The translations under genes and the position numbers were made by a program. A stretch of DNA of 64,000 nucleotides from contig CAXXOU010000004.1 in the NCBI GenBank assembly GCA_963677495.2, positions 512,001-576,000 on the forward strand. Reading direction: 5' to 3'. The stretch is from Candidatus Cloacimonadales bacterium (GTDB lineage: Bacteria; Cloacimonadota; Cloacimonadia; Cloacimonadales; JAFGVF01). The notes under the pieces are model-generated. The model saw nothing but the letters and a program-made list of their open reading frames with translations. It did not search any database and was not told where the DNA came from. This document shows positions 19,323-29,771 of the stretch, one piece after another. Position 1 is the first letter of the stretch. The number at the start of each line of letters is the position of its first letter.

Positions 19323-19762
19323 TGATAGAACTCAAAATCAAGAAATTAAGAGAATCTGCTGTTTTACCTAAGCAGATGTCTGATTCTGCAGCAGGATTCG
19401 ACTTAACTGCAGACTTGGAAACTTCATTGATACTGAAACCCGGCACAGTTGAGCTTGTTCCTACCGGACTTGCTATGAGTATCCCACATGGATATGAAGG
19501 ACAAGTACGTCCTCGTAGTGGTTTAGCAATCAAACATGGTATCGGAGTTTTAAACTCTCCGGGCACCATAGATGCTGATTATAGGGGAGAGGTGAAAGTT
19601 ATACTCTTCAACTTCAGTAAAGATGAGTTTGTTATAGAGCATGGTATGCGAATTGCCCAGATAGTGTTTAATCAAATTGCCCCAATCTCTTTAAAAGTTG
19701 TTGAAGAGCTTGATGAAACCGAACGGGGAGCAGGTGGGTTTGGACATACTAAATTGAAATGA
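19322..19762 (+). CDS. dut: dUTP diphosphatase
   Basis: AAGFDL, RPRSGLA, GTIDADYRGE and RGAGGFGHT. Confidence 0.97.
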   Translation: MIELKIKKLRESAVLPKQMSDSAAGFDLTADLETSLILKPGTVELVPTGLAMSIPHGYEGQVRPRSGLAIKHGIGVLNSPGTIDADYRGEVKVILFNFSKDEFVIEHGMRIAQIVFNQIAPISLKVVEELDETERGAGGFGHTKLK

Positions 19763-19770
19763 GGTAATAA

Positions 19771-20676
19771 ATGACTGAATTACAAAAGAAAATTATAGAG
19801 TTAAAAGAAGAGAAAGAAGCAGTTATCCTTGCTCACAGTTACCAGACTTTGGATGTGCAGGAAATTGCTGATTTTGTTGGAGATTCCTTACAACTATCGA
19901 TTAAATCATCTCAGGTAGAGAATGATCTTATTATATTCTGCGGAGTGAAGTTTATGGCAGAAACTGCTAAGATTCTTAAGCCTGATGCAAAGGTGATACT
20001 ACCGGTAGCAGAAGCAGGTTGCCCTATGGCTGACATGATTACCGGTGCACAGCTTAGACAATTTAAAGCTGATCATCCCGGGGCAGTAGTTGTCTGCTAT
20101 GTCAATTCTACAGCTGAAGTTAAAGCTGAGAGTGATATATGCTGTACCTCTTCTAATGCGGTTGAAGTGTTAAAATCAATCCCGGAAGATAGAGAGATTC
20201 TCTTTGTGCCTGACCAAAACCTGGGTAAATGGGCATCTGCTCAATGTGGAAGAGATGTGATTGTCTGGGATGGTTACTGCTTAGTACACCATTTTGGCAT
20301 TAAACCGGGAAGAATCAAAAAGATGAGAAAGATGTATCCTGATCATAAGATTATTGTACATCCGGAATGCCCACCTGCAGTTACAGAATTAGCCGATATG
20401 GTAGGCTCAACTGCAATGATGGCAAAGTTTGCAGAGGAGAATGATAAAGTCATTATCGGTACTGAGATTGGTTTATGTGAACAGCTCCAAGCAAAGTATC
20501 CGGAGAAGAGTATTATCACATTATCACCCGATGCAATTTGTCGCAATATGAAGAAAACTAAGCTTATAGATGTGTACAATGCTTTAGCAGATGAAACTCC
20601 GGAGATTACACTTGATAAAGATGTAATGGAGAAAGCTAAGAGAAGCGTTTTTAACATGATGGAGTTGTCTAAATAA
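19771..20676 (+). CDS. nadA: Quinolinate synthase
   Basis: ILAHSYQ, FCGVKFMAETAK, AGCPMAD, YVNS, HPEC and CRNMK. Confidence 0.96.
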   Translation: MTELQKKIIELKEEKEAVILAHSYQTLDVQEIADFVGDSLQLSIKSSQVENDLIIFCGVKFMAETAKILKPDAKVILPVAEAGCPMADMITGAQLRQFKADHPGAVVVCYVNSTAEVKAESDICCTSSNAVEVLKSIPEDREILFVPDQNLGKWASAQCGRDVIVWDGYCLVHHFGIKPGRIKKMRKMYPDHKIIVHPECPPAVTELADMVGSTAMMAKFAEENDKVIIGTEIGLCEQLQAKYPEKSIITLSPDAICRNMKKTKLIDVYNALADETPEITLDKDVMEKAKRSVFNMMELSK

Positions 20677-20679
20677 GCA

Positions 20680-21297
20680 ATGTCCATTGCATCTAAACAG
20701 CCGGTCTTACTACCATTTAGTGCAACCATATATCAAAACAGTAAAGGACAAAAGATAACTGAAGACTCAGCCCGACTTATAGAGATTGTAACGAGTAAGG
20801 TGAAGACACAAAGTTTACGTGTCCTTGATATCGGTAGTGGAACAGGAATTATCTCGATTATGCTCTCACACTATACCGATTGGGAGATTAAAGGATTCGA
20901 GATACAGAAGCAGTTAGTTGAGTTAGCTCGAGAGAATAATGTTCATGCATCAACAGAGGTTGAGTTTATTGAACATGACATACGTGAGAAGCATAGTGAC
21001 TTTCATGAGTATTTTGATTTGATAGTTTCTAATCCACCTTATTTTAAAGCTGATGGTAGGATTAGTCCTAATCCTGAAAGACGAATATCTCGGTCTGATG
21101 AGACATGTAAACCTATAGAGCTTCTTACTGCTTGTGCGTATTACCTTAAACCCGGGGGAACTGCTTTAGTAATTTACCCCGATAGCAGGTTGGCAGAGAT
21201 AGATAGAATTATTATAGAAGCTGGATTCGAGTTAAAGAACAGATACTCAATACAGGCAAAGGTACCTAAAACTATATTGGAAGTTAAGAGAATATGA
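20680..21297 (+). CDS. SAM-dependent methyltransferase (TrmN6/YfiC-like)
   Basis: VLDIGSGTG and IVSNPPYF. Confidence 0.8.
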   Translation: MSIASKQPVLLPFSATIYQNSKGQKITEDSARLIEIVTSKVKTQSLRVLDIGSGTGIISIMLSHYTDWEIKGFEIQKQLVELARENNVHASTEVEFIEHDIREKHSDFHEYFDLIVSNPPYFKADGRISPNPERRISRSDETCKPIELLTACAYYLKPGGTALVIYPDSRLAEIDRIIIEAGFELKNRYSIQAKVPKTILEVKRI

Positions 21298-22070
21298 GAA
21301 GTATTATGAGTTTGATAGTTATAACAGCTATACTATTTGGGTGGTTGTTTTTGGACACAACTCTCAATACATATAAACAGGAAAGCTTAGAGTCGTTCGA
21401 TAAATACCCGATTATCATTTTTTCAAGAGATACAGCTTTACTTGCAAAGCTTTCTGAAACAATAAATGATACACTTTTTATTCAGAGTTCAACATTAGAA
21501 AAGAGGAACGAACTTTCTGACAGGTTGGTGAATAAGTACTCTCTTAAAAATGCAAAGCGTTATTTGGATGTGAAGCAACTTCCAGATGTATTAACGATTA
21601 GGTTTAATGGAATTGCAGCTAGTATTGAAGGTAGAAAAGTCATTTTAACCAGTTTGGGAAAACTCAGCGATAAGGTTGTTGTAAGATATAATGAAGAGAA
21701 TTGGCAGCAAATCGTTGAAAACTATAGTAAAATAGATAGATTCATTAGATTAATAAACCTGATTTTAATCGGAGTAGTGGCTTGTTTTGTGTTCGTTGTA
21801 AGACTGCTCCAAGAGAAGGCAACTACTGAGTCGATTATCAGAAGAAGAAGACTTAATCCGCTAATAGGAAAAAACAGATATAATATCTTCATAGAAACAA
21901 TAATCTATACAGTTGTTCCTGTTGGCTTGATTACACTTTTCTACTTTAACATGTTTACAAAAAATGGAGTAAACGTAGTCTTTGACAAGGTCGATATATT
22001 GGTTGTAACTGCTATATATTTAGTAGCGAACAGCTTAGTAATAATATTTACGGATAGGAATTATGATTAA
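21294..22070 (+). CDS. Hypothetical membrane protein (FtsX-like topology)
   Basis: One N-terminal TM, an extracytoplasmic domain and three C-terminal TMs; translationally coupled. Confidence 0.6.
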   Translation: MRSIMSLIVITAILFGWLFLDTTLNTYKQESLESFDKYPIIIFSRDTALLAKLSETINDTLFIQSSTLEKRNELSDRLVNKYSLKNAKRYLDVKQLPDVLTIRFNGIAASIEGRKVILTSLGKLSDKVVVRYNEENWQQIVENYSKIDRFIRLINLILIGVVACFVFVVRLLQEKATTESIIRRRRLNPLIGKNRYNIFIETIIYTVVPVGLITLFYFNMFTKNGVNVVFDKVDILVVTAIYLVANSLVIIFTDRNYD

Positions 22071-22599
22071 TAAGAATATACCAAACATTTTAACAACCGG
22101 TCGAATGTTACTGGTCCCAGTGTTTCTTTATTATGCTATAGTGCAAAACTGGGTTGTTGCACTTAGTATCTTCGTTATTGCAAGTTTAACAGATTTCTTT
22201 GATGGTTATCTTGCACGTAAGTATAAGATTGTAAGTAATTATGGAAAGCTTATGGATCCGCTTGCTGATAAGCTTTTAGTACTTGCAGCAGCCTTTGTAA
22301 TCTGTTTTTATCCGGTGAAACTTATTCACCCAATTGTATTCATTATTTTAGCACTGCGTGAAATTGCAGTAACAATCCTACGTGATGTCTATGCAAGAAA
22401 GCAGATTATCATACCTGCTAATATGTGGGGAAAAGTAAAAACTGTAACTCAGATGATTGGTCTGATTGCTGCTATGCTGATTTTGATTCTTAGTCCTGAA
22501 CATGCTGTATTATTAACAGCAATAAAGATATACTTCTGGCTTGTAGCCGGTATCACTGTCCTATCAGGCAGTAACTACTTCTTTGTAAGGAGGAAATAG
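22063..22599 (+). CDS. pgsA: CDP-diacylglycerol--glycerol-3-phosphate 3-phosphatidyltransferase
   Basis: PNILT, TDFFDGYLARK, GKLMDPLADK and GKVKTVTQM. Confidence 0.93.
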   Translation: MINKNIPNILTTGRMLLVPVFLYYAIVQNWVVALSIFVIASLTDFFDGYLARKYKIVSNYGKLMDPLADKLLVLAAAFVICFYPVKLIHPIVFIILALREIAVTILRDVYARKQIIIPANMWGKVKTVTQMIGLIAAMLILILSPEHAVLLTAIKIYFWLVAGITVLSGSNYFFVRRK

Positions 22600-22600
22600 T

Positions 22601-23659
22601 ATGAAGATTTTCAGAGTAATTCTTTTGGCTAGTATTTTAGCTTTAATACTAGGTTGCAATGTTGAAGAGAAAGATGCAGTAAATAATCTTTCTCAAAAAA
22701 TATCCAACATGCCACTATCCTGGGGGCAGGAGCAATACATTTATGTTTTTGCTGATCATGATTTATGGAAAGTGATGGGAGAAGATATAGAGAAGAATCT
22801 TGAACGCTACACAATGACAACGAGCGAAGAGGCATTATTTGAGATTAAACGTGGTGATGTGACAAAAATGGATGACTTCTACAAGTTTAGAAATCTCTTC
22901 TTTGTTGCAGATATTAGTGACCATCAAGCAGTTGCATCATATATTAAAGAACAGTTCGACAATGATGTTTTAGATAAAGTAAAGAAAGATGGTTATGGTT
23001 TCTTCGTGAAGAATGATCTTTGGGCTCGTGAGCAAACAGTTGCTTTTCTTTTTGCAGATGGTTTAGGACAGTTAAAGACAGTTCACAGCAATATCAATGA
23101 TATGATATATTCTCGATATGAAGATGCTTTAGTGCAAAGAATAGCAAGGAAATATAGCCATAAAGTTTCTGTTAGGGGAGAGCTGTTTGAAGGATTACCA
23201 TTCTATGTAGATATTCCAAAACAATATGTAGTTTATAAAGATTGGAAAGAAAAAAATGTAATCTCCTTCCTTTACAGGCATTATAAACAAGAAGGTGATA
23301 AACCTGATAAATATGTGACTGTGTATTATGAAAAGTCTGATAAAAACCCAATTAATCAGGATTGGTTATTCAACAAACGCAGTAAGCTTGGTTGGGATGT
23401 ATATGATAAAGATGAAATCAATGCTGAACATGTAAGGTTCTCTGATTTTAATTGGGGCAAGAAGAAAGGTCTTAAAATGGCTGGAAGATGGAGTAATATG
23501 ACTTATTTGATTGGTGGTGCATTCCAAAGTTTTGCTTTCTGGGATGAAGCAACAAATACTGCATATATTGTTGATAACTCTATCTTTTTCCCGGCTGGAA
23601 ACAAGCTTTATCATCTATTAGAGCTTGAAGCAGTGAGTAGAAGTATAAAATTAAAGTGA
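22601..23659 (+). CDS. Lipoprotein (DUF4837-like)
   Basis: Lipobox LILGC; NDLWAREQ, GRW, GGAFQSF and FFPAGNK. Confidence 0.65.
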   Translation: MKIFRVILLASILALILGCNVEEKDAVNNLSQKISNMPLSWGQEQYIYVFADHDLWKVMGEDIEKNLERYTMTTSEEALFEIKRGDVTKMDDFYKFRNLFFVADISDHQAVASYIKEQFDNDVLDKVKKDGYGFFVKNDLWAREQTVAFLFADGLGQLKTVHSNINDMIYSRYEDALVQRIARKYSHKVSVRGELFEGLPFYVDIPKQYVVYKDWKEKNVISFLYRHYKQEGDKPDKYVTVYYEKSDKNPINQDWLFNKRSKLGWDVYDKDEINAEHVRFSDFNWGKKKGLKMAGRWSNMTYLIGGAFQSFAFWDEATNTAYIVDNSIFFPAGNKLYHLLELEAVSRSIKLK

Positions 23660-23666
23660 GGAGAGT

Positions 23667-24446
23667 ATGAAAAGAGTTTTAATCATAGCATTTTTGTTAA
23701 TAAGTATCAGTTTCGCTTTTGCTAATACTTTTACCTATACTGTTGGTGCTCCTACAGCGAATGTGTTGGAACAGGGAGAGTACAATATTTGGACAAAGAT
23801 CTACAAAGCTAATGGTATGCTTGCAGGGACACAAATAGGTCTGTTACCTTATATAACCTTAGGATTAAGCTATGGTGCTGAGAATATGGTTGGTAATCTG
23901 AGTCCTGAATGGCACGATATGGTGGATGCTAATGTCAAGTTTAGATTTATACAGGAAACTCAAATGATACCTGCGCTTGCAATAGGTTTTGATTCCATGG
24001 GGCATGGAGCTTGGCATAGTGAATACAACCGTTACGATATTAAGTCGAAAGGATTCTATCTGGCAGCATCTAAACACAACATTTTACTTCCGGGCTTTGC
24101 AGCTCATATAGGTATAAATCGTTCTCTTGAAATTGAAGATGATGATAAAGATATTTCCGGTTGGATTGCTGTTCAACAGAGTATTGGTGATGTTGTACAT
24201 GTGTTTGCTGAATATGATATTGCAACCAATGACAATGATAGATCTATTGAAGATGATGTTATTGATGTTACAGGTGATGGAAAGGGGTATTTAAATGCCG
24301 GATTCCTAGTGTCTGTTTCAGAGAATATAGATATACGATTAAGCTTCTATGATATACTCAAGAACAATCCTCATTTAGGAAATTATAATGATGACAGTAT
24401 CGGAGTTGATAGAGCAATAAAAATAAACTTTAGGACAACTTTTTGA
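23667..24446 (+). CDS. Putative outer-membrane beta-barrel protein (YjbH-like)
   Basis: Signal peptide, APTA motif, alternating beta pattern and C-terminal Phe. Confidence 0.55.
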   Translation: MKRVLIIAFLLISISFAFANTFTYTVGAPTANVLEQGEYNIWTKIYKANGMLAGTQIGLLPYITLGLSYGAENMVGNLSPEWHDMVDANVKFRFIQETQMIPALAIGFDSMGHGAWHSEYNRYDIKSKGFYLAASKHNILLPGFAAHIGINRSLEIEDDDKDISGWIAVQQSIGDVVHVFAEYDIATNDNDRSIEDDVIDVTGDGKGYLNAGFLVSVSENIDIRLSFYDILKNNPHLGNYNDDSIGVDRAIKINFRTTF

Positions 24447-26377
24447 AGAAATTAACGATACTTCTTGTATTCATTCTTGCACTTGTCGCTTGTTCTAATA
24501 ATAAGCTACAGAAAGTACAATCTATTGAGGAAGTGGTTACAGAACCTCAAAGACCTTCATATCCAGCAATCCCATTATCTAATCCGACTCCAATGTCGTT
24601 AAGGTTTTATGCACAAGGTGATATGGCTGCTACCCAGGGTGATTATGCTAATGGCCTAAAACTTCTTAAGATAGCTATGTCGATTGATTCTACTTCTGTA
24701 TCTATTAAACAGAGATTAGTTGAAGTAATGTTGGATAGTGCTCAAGCGGAACCTGAACTTCTTTCGGAAGCTTTAAAGATTGCTGAAGAGATTTACAATC
24801 AAGGCTTCTTTAATAGTGATACACTAACAAGTCTTGCTCAACTATATCTCCATAATAATCAAACCGAGAAAGCACTGGCTATTTACGAAGTTAAGCTGGA
24901 ACATGATCCACAAGGTGAAGACTATTTTAGAGTGTTCGTAATTAATGCCAAATACCTTAAGAATGTTCAGCTTGAGTTACTGGATAAAGCATATGAGATG
25001 AGTAGAAACAATCACTTGCTTATTAAATCTATTGCTGAAGTTAGAGCTGTTTGGCAACAGGCTGAAACCATAGCAATGCTTAAAGATTCTTTAGATAAAA
25101 GCTATCATCCAACGATAATGGAATTATTGATAAGGATGCTTTCTCAAAACAAAGATGAACAAGGATTGGTTGATGCTCTGGAAAAGCATATCTCCAGTAT
25201 ATCAGAGTTTCAACGTGGAATTCTGATTGAACTTTTATATCAGCAAGAGAAGTTTGAGAAGATTGTTGAGGACTTCGATTACTATTATGATACAAATGAA
25301 GCTCAGATACAAAGATACCTTTTCTCCAGTTGTGTTGGTAAAGATCATCTGTTTCTCATGGATAAGATTTACGATAAATTGATTGTACATGAGGATTTTG
25401 ATGATGAAGATAGGGATATTTTCTCTTTAATGGCAGCAGAATCATGGTGGATAATTAGAAACCAGGAGAAAGCAGCAAGCTATCTGGCAGAAATCAAAGA
25501 CTTTGCGATTGTACATGATTTCTTTATTAAACGCTTTATTAGTAACTTCTCGCAAGAGGAGGAAGACAATATTGATTATCTTCTCTTAAGTCTAAACCAA
25601 TATGGTGTTGAACAAGACTATATCGACTTCTTGTTTGCAAGGAAATATTACCTTCAGGATGCAAATGCCCTAGCATACGAATTCGCAAAAAAAGTTAATC
25701 CTGAGCTACTCAAAAAGTACAATCTTGTTTCGACTCTTGCTGTTATCTATCTCCACTGTGGAGATGATGTTGAGACTTCTGATAGACTCTTCGATTTGAG
25801 AAATGATGAGGAAACTCTTAGAAAGAATGAGATATATGCTCAATACTACTATCAGAATGAGAATTATGTAGAAGCTGAGAAATATATTGACCTCGAACTT
25901 AAAAGTAACGAGAAACCTTCTCTATATGCCTTCAGGCTTAAGATTGCAATACTTGATCTGGAGAAAAAGTTTGATGAGGAGATTGAAATTCTCGAACAGA
26001 CACTTGTTCTCTATCCGGATGAGTCATTCATATTAAACGCTCTTGCGTATCTTCTTACAGAGACTAATCAGTTAAGTGACAAAATTCCCTACTATCTTGA
26101 AATTGCACTTGAAAGAGAACCTGATAATGTGAACTTTATTGATAGCTATGCGTGGTACTATTACAAGATTGGTGAGTTTGAAAAAGCAAGAGAAAGTATG
26201 AACAAGGTAATTAAGCTTGGATTTGAATCTAGTGTTATCGCTTATCATATTGGTGCAATTCATCATAAACTTGACAATCTGGAAACTGCTAAGGAATACT
26301 ATCTTAAAGCTCAGATGCTGGATAACGACACAGAGGCTGTGGAATCTGCAACAAAGGCGTTGAGCTTAATTAACTAA
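24443..26377 (+). CDS. TPR-repeat lipoprotein
   Basis: Lipobox LVAC; TPR helices LNALAYLL, FIDSYAWYYYKIG and YHIGAI. Confidence 0.8.
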   Translation: MKKLTILLVFILALVACSNNKLQKVQSIEEVVTEPQRPSYPAIPLSNPTPMSLRFYAQGDMAATQGDYANGLKLLKIAMSIDSTSVSIKQRLVEVMLDSAQAEPELLSEALKIAEEIYNQGFFNSDTLTSLAQLYLHNNQTEKALAIYEVKLEHDPQGEDYFRVFVINAKYLKNVQLELLDKAYEMSRNNHLLIKSIAEVRAVWQQAETIAMLKDSLDKSYHPTIMELLIRMLSQNKDEQGLVDALEKHISSISEFQRGILIELLYQQEKFEKIVEDFDYYYDTNEAQIQRYLFSSCVGKDHLFLMDKIYDKLIVHEDFDDEDRDIFSLMAAESWWIIRNQEKAASYLAEIKDFAIVHDFFIKRFISNFSQEEEDNIDYLLLSLNQYGVEQDYIDFLFARKYYLQDANALAYEFAKKVNPELLKKYNLVSTLAVIYLHCGDDVETSDRLFDLRNDEETLRKNEIYAQYYYQNENYVEAEKYIDLELKSNEKPSLYAFRLKIAILDLEKKFDEEIEILEQTLVLYPDESFILNALAYLLTETNQLSDKIPYYLEIALEREPDNVNFIDSYAWYYYKIGEFEKARESMNKVIKLGFESSVIAYHIGAIHHKLDNLETAKEYYLKAQMLDNDTEAVESATKALSLIN

Positions 26378-26388
26378 AAGGATATCTT

Positions 26389-26586
26389 ATGAATAAAAAT
26401 AGCAAAGATCGTTTGAACATCTCAATGATGAATCTTCTCATCATGGTTGTTGCGGTTGTTTTAATAACAATCGGGTACATTATTATGGCTACTGGTGAGA
26501 TCACAATCTCTCCAATCATCGTTGTAATGGCATATGTAGTTGTAATACCGGTTGCTTTACTTATCCCGATTGGCAAAAAGGATTAG
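26389..26586 (+). CDS. Small two-TM membrane protein (DUF3098-like)
   Basis: AAAGGA RBS; IGYIIMA...ISPIIVVMAY. Confidence 0.65.
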   Translation: MNKNSKDRLNISMMNLLIMVVAVVLITIGYIIMATGEITISPIIVVMAYVVVIPVALLIPIGKKD

Positions 26587-27474
26587 ATGTCTGAGAAAGT
26601 AATCAATGATTCCCTACTAGCAAGACTCGATAGTTTTCATTTAAAAACAAAGAGTATTGTCGAAGGCTTCATGGTTGGTTTACATAAATCACCATATCAT
26701 GGGTTCAGCGTAGAATTTGCAGACCATAGACAGTATATTCCCGGTGATCCCATAAGGAATATTGACTGGAAGCTTTATGCAAAAACAGACCGTTATTATC
26801 TAAAACGCTTTGAAGAGGAAACCAACGTAAGGTCATACATTCTTCTTGATCATAGCAACTCGATGTCATTTAAGTCCGGAACAACTTCCAAACTGGATTA
26901 TGCTGTAAGCTTAGCAGCTGCTCTTTCATACTTGATAGTTAAACAAAAGGATGCGATTGGTTTAATATCTTACTCAGATAAAGTAACTAGTCATCTTCCA
27001 CCTAAAGCTTATTCAGGTTATTTAAATCTACTTTTTGAGCAGTTACTATCCTTAGAGCCGGAGTCAACAACCGGAACACTATCTGCAATGCATTCAGTAG
27101 CTGAGAATCTGAAGAAGAGAAGTTTGATTATACTGATTACTGATCTTCTTGATGACCCTAATGAACTAGTAAAAGGGCTTCAGCATTTTAAGTATCAGAA
27201 ACATGAAGTTCTGGTGTTCCACATTCTCGATAATCAGGAAAAAGAGTTTAACTATAAAGCTGAGACAGAGTTCATAGATGCTGAAACAGGGAAGAAGATA
27301 ACTGTTAATCCCTGGCAGATTAAAAATAGGTACAAAGAGGAGCTCAGTTCATTTATTGAAAAAATACGCAACGAATGTTTCAAAGCAGGAATTGAGTATA
27401 ATCCAATTAACACATCTATCCCTATCGAGGATAATCTACTTAAGTATCTGCACAAACGGATGCTTTTCCAATAG
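26587..27474 (+). CDS. DUF58 domain protein (vWA-like, MoxR-associated family)
   Basis: GLHKSPYHGFSVEFADHRQYIPGD, IDWK, FEEETN and LDHSNSM. Confidence 0.92.
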   Translation: MSEKVINDSLLARLDSFHLKTKSIVEGFMVGLHKSPYHGFSVEFADHRQYIPGDPIRNIDWKLYAKTDRYYLKRFEEETNVRSYILLDHSNSMSFKSGTTSKLDYAVSLAAALSYLIVKQKDAIGLISYSDKVTSHLPPKAYSGYLNLLFEQLLSLEPESTTGTLSAMHSVAENLKKRSLIILITDLLDDPNELVKGLQHFKYQKHEVLVFHILDNQEKEFNYKAETEFIDAETGKKITVNPWQIKNRYKEELSSFIEKIRNECFKAGIEYNPINTSIPIEDNLLKYLHKRMLFQ

Positions 27475-27492
27475 ATATTTTACAATAAGAAA

Positions 27493-27519
27493 AAGGCTGA
27501 TGATTCAATCATCAGCCTT
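27493..27519. terminator. Bidirectional terminator
   Basis: AAGGCTGATGATT-c-AATCATCAGCCTT between convergent genes. Confidence 0.8.
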
Positions 27520-27537
27520 AAATCTATATCTTCTGAA

Positions 27538-27804
27538 TTATTCAGCTGCGTTGTCTAATTTCTTTACATAAGCGGCAAGACGAGCTTTTCTGCGAGAAGC
27601 TGTGCGTTTGTGAATAACACCTTTCTTCGCTGCTTTATCAAGCTTTGAATAAAGCTCTACGAGAAGTTGTTTCTTCTCTTCAATTGGTAAGTCACTTACC
27701 ATTTTTTTTGACAATGTATTAATTGTACTCTTCACAAAGTTATTTCTTGCGGCTCTTTTTTTATCCTGTCTAAGTCTTTTACGCGGTGATGCTGAATTTG
27801 GCAT
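27538..27804 (-). CDS. rpsT: 30S ribosomal protein S20
   Basis: MPNSASPRKRLRQ...LDKAAKKGVIHKRTASRRKARL. Confidence 0.96.
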   Translation of the reverse strand: MPNSASPRKRLRQDKKRAARNNFVKSTINTLSKKMVSDLPIEEKKQLLVELYSKLDKAAKKGVIHKRTASRRKARLAAYVKKLDNAAE

Positions 27805-27979
27805 TCAATCCTCCATTTACTATATTTAAATTATTATTTGTCTCCAAATTAGTTAACCGCTTTTCTTGTCAATAGAAATCTATAGAATTTCAAAATATAT
27901 TTTTTGGACACTCTAAACAGCTTAGCTATTCTTATTGTTTACTTTATGCTGTTAAACTTTTCTGAGTAAGTTTAGAATC

Positions 27980-29050
27980 TCAGTTTTGTATAGGCTCTAA
28001 CCCCAATGCCATAAAGTATCCTAAGCTTCTTCTTCTCCGCTTATACTGTCTTTTTAATCTAGTTCCCTGCATAACAAATGTAGTGTCATTTTCCAAAAAG
28101 ATTGAATCAACTCGGTACTCAAGACCATGCAATAATGGAACAGTATCTGTTTGCTTTGATTGCATTTCAAAAATATTCAACTTAACACCGGACAGCTCTT
28201 TTGGATTTAAATAGCTAAGTGAATAAATCTTACTATTATTCTTCAGAGCAAATGGTAAGGAATAAGATGATAGCTTCTTCGTATCCATAATTTCTGTATT
28301 AACGCTATACAGATCTAATGATTTATTCCTATAAACTAAGCACTCATAATCTGAATAAACAACATTTTCTAAATCATTGATCTCCAATGTGAACAATGAA
28401 TATTTATCACTATCAGATAGGAGGCTATATCGCTTTAGGATTGAACTTTGAGGGTTATACAGATGTAAGTAATCACCTACGACGAAGAATCTACTTCCTT
28501 CGAATCCTATTGTCATTGTAGATTTAGATTCATTGATACTACCAATATACTTCACAACTACACTCTTTTCATCTGAAGAAATTAAGTGTAAATTCTGTTC
28601 AGTTTTTGCAAACTTATAATTCAAAGTGTTATCTAAATCGATAGATTCAATAACTTGCAAAGAATCGTTTAATACAACCAAAGTTTGATTTGCACTCTTA
28701 ACGTCGTTTTGGAGAGTATATATTTTACTTGATGATATTTCAACATCTGTGATGCTGATATTAGGTAGTAGGATACTCTTCTTAATCATTTCACGATGAG
28801 GATTCTTTATATACAAAGTTGATTGTATATCACCTGTACGGGGTAAAAGATCTTCAGTTGCTACGATAAAACTCCCATCCTCGGTTATCTTGTACGCTGA
28901 AATGGAGGTGCTATGCCACTGCTCACTATGGTATTCATCTATCCATTGCAGCCTATAAAATAACTCTTCTGTTCCCGCTTTTTGATAGCTCTTAGTCTTA
29001 CATCCAAATGCAACTATCATCGCTAAAATCATGATTAAATACTTTCTCAA
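27980..29050 (-). CDS. Hypothetical lipoprotein
   Basis: TTG start after GAGG, lipobox AFGC, 356 aa. Confidence 0.7.
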   Translation of the reverse strand: MRKYLIMILAMIVAFGCKTKSYQKAGTEELFYRLQWIDEYHSEQWHSTSISAYKITEDGSFIVATEDLLPRTGDIQSTLYIKNPHREMIKKSILLPNISITDVEISSSKIYTLQNDVKSANQTLVVLNDSLQVIESIDLDNTLNYKFAKTEQNLHLISSDEKSVVVKYIGSINESKSTMTIGFEGSRFFVVGDYLHLYNPQSSILKRYSLLSDSDKYSLFTLEINDLENVVYSDYECLVYRNKSLDLYSVNTEIMDTKKLSSYSLPFALKNNSKIYSLSYLNPKELSGVKLNIFEMQSKQTDTVPLLHGLEYRVDSIFLENDTTFVMQGTRLKRQYKRRRRSLGYFMALGLEPIQN

Positions 29051-29169
29051 ATAATAACCTCATCAATATAGTTTATACTTTATCTCCTAAAATGCATATT
29101 CTATGCAAGAGAAATAATATATTTAATCATATCTTGAACAATTATCCAAACCTTTGGGCCGGTCAACTG

Positions 29170-29272
29170 TACCTTCTGAATGGTCCTTAGGCCTTCAGAT
29201 GGTACACTTCGAAGCAGTTAATGCTATTTACAAGAGCACTATTTTGAAGGTCTAAGGACTAATAGGAAGGTA
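29170..29272. repeat. Imperfect ~39-bp inverted repeat
   Basis: TACCTTCTGAATGGTCCTTAGGCCTTCAGA paired with TTTGAAGGTCTAAGGACTAATAGGAAGGTA. Confidence 0.7.
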
Positions 29273-29348
29273 GAATCAAACTGCTATATTTCACTATTGC
29301 TAAAATTCCATTCAGTCATTGTGAATCAGCTTTTCCTACTTTATCAAT

Positions 29349-29510
29349 AGCTTCTCTTTATCTTGTCGCATCAAGACATTCTTTGCACCGTTAAGTAAAT
29401 TATGCACACGATGTGGATAACTTTAGGGGTTCATAGGGAGGGTCTAGGGAGGCTAAAGGGAGGGATAAGCGAGATTCAAGGTTCTTGATGAGATTAGATA
29501 AAGAGAAGAT
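29349..29510. repeat. Inverted-repeat element enclosing a DnaA-box pair and an 11-bp phased array
   Basis: Arms at 29349-29376 and 29483-29510; TTATGCACA-cga-TGTGGATAA at 29400-29420; (T/A)AG(G/C)GAG at 29434, 29445, 29456 and 29467. Confidence 0.7.
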
Positions 29511-29771
29511 TGAGACCAGATGCTAGTTTAAAACATAGTAATAACACATTGGAAAGATTAAGGACATTGATTTTATGATAACAACAGTGGTCATAGAAGC
29601 ATTAACTGAAGGAATTTAGTCATATGATTGTCATAATACGTATGGCAGTAGTTGAATATTAAAAGAAAGAAGTTTTTTAGATTACAAGAATCAAACTGTT
29701 GGAAAAGAAAAGTATTGACAAAAATGACAAAAAATTAAAGAATAGACTTGCGTCAAATGTAGGAGTAAGAA

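Noticed and set aside
29400..29420. Chromosomal origin oriC
   Set aside because: Only two or three DnaA boxes per locus, no dnaA/dnaN/gidA context, and the pattern occurs twice.
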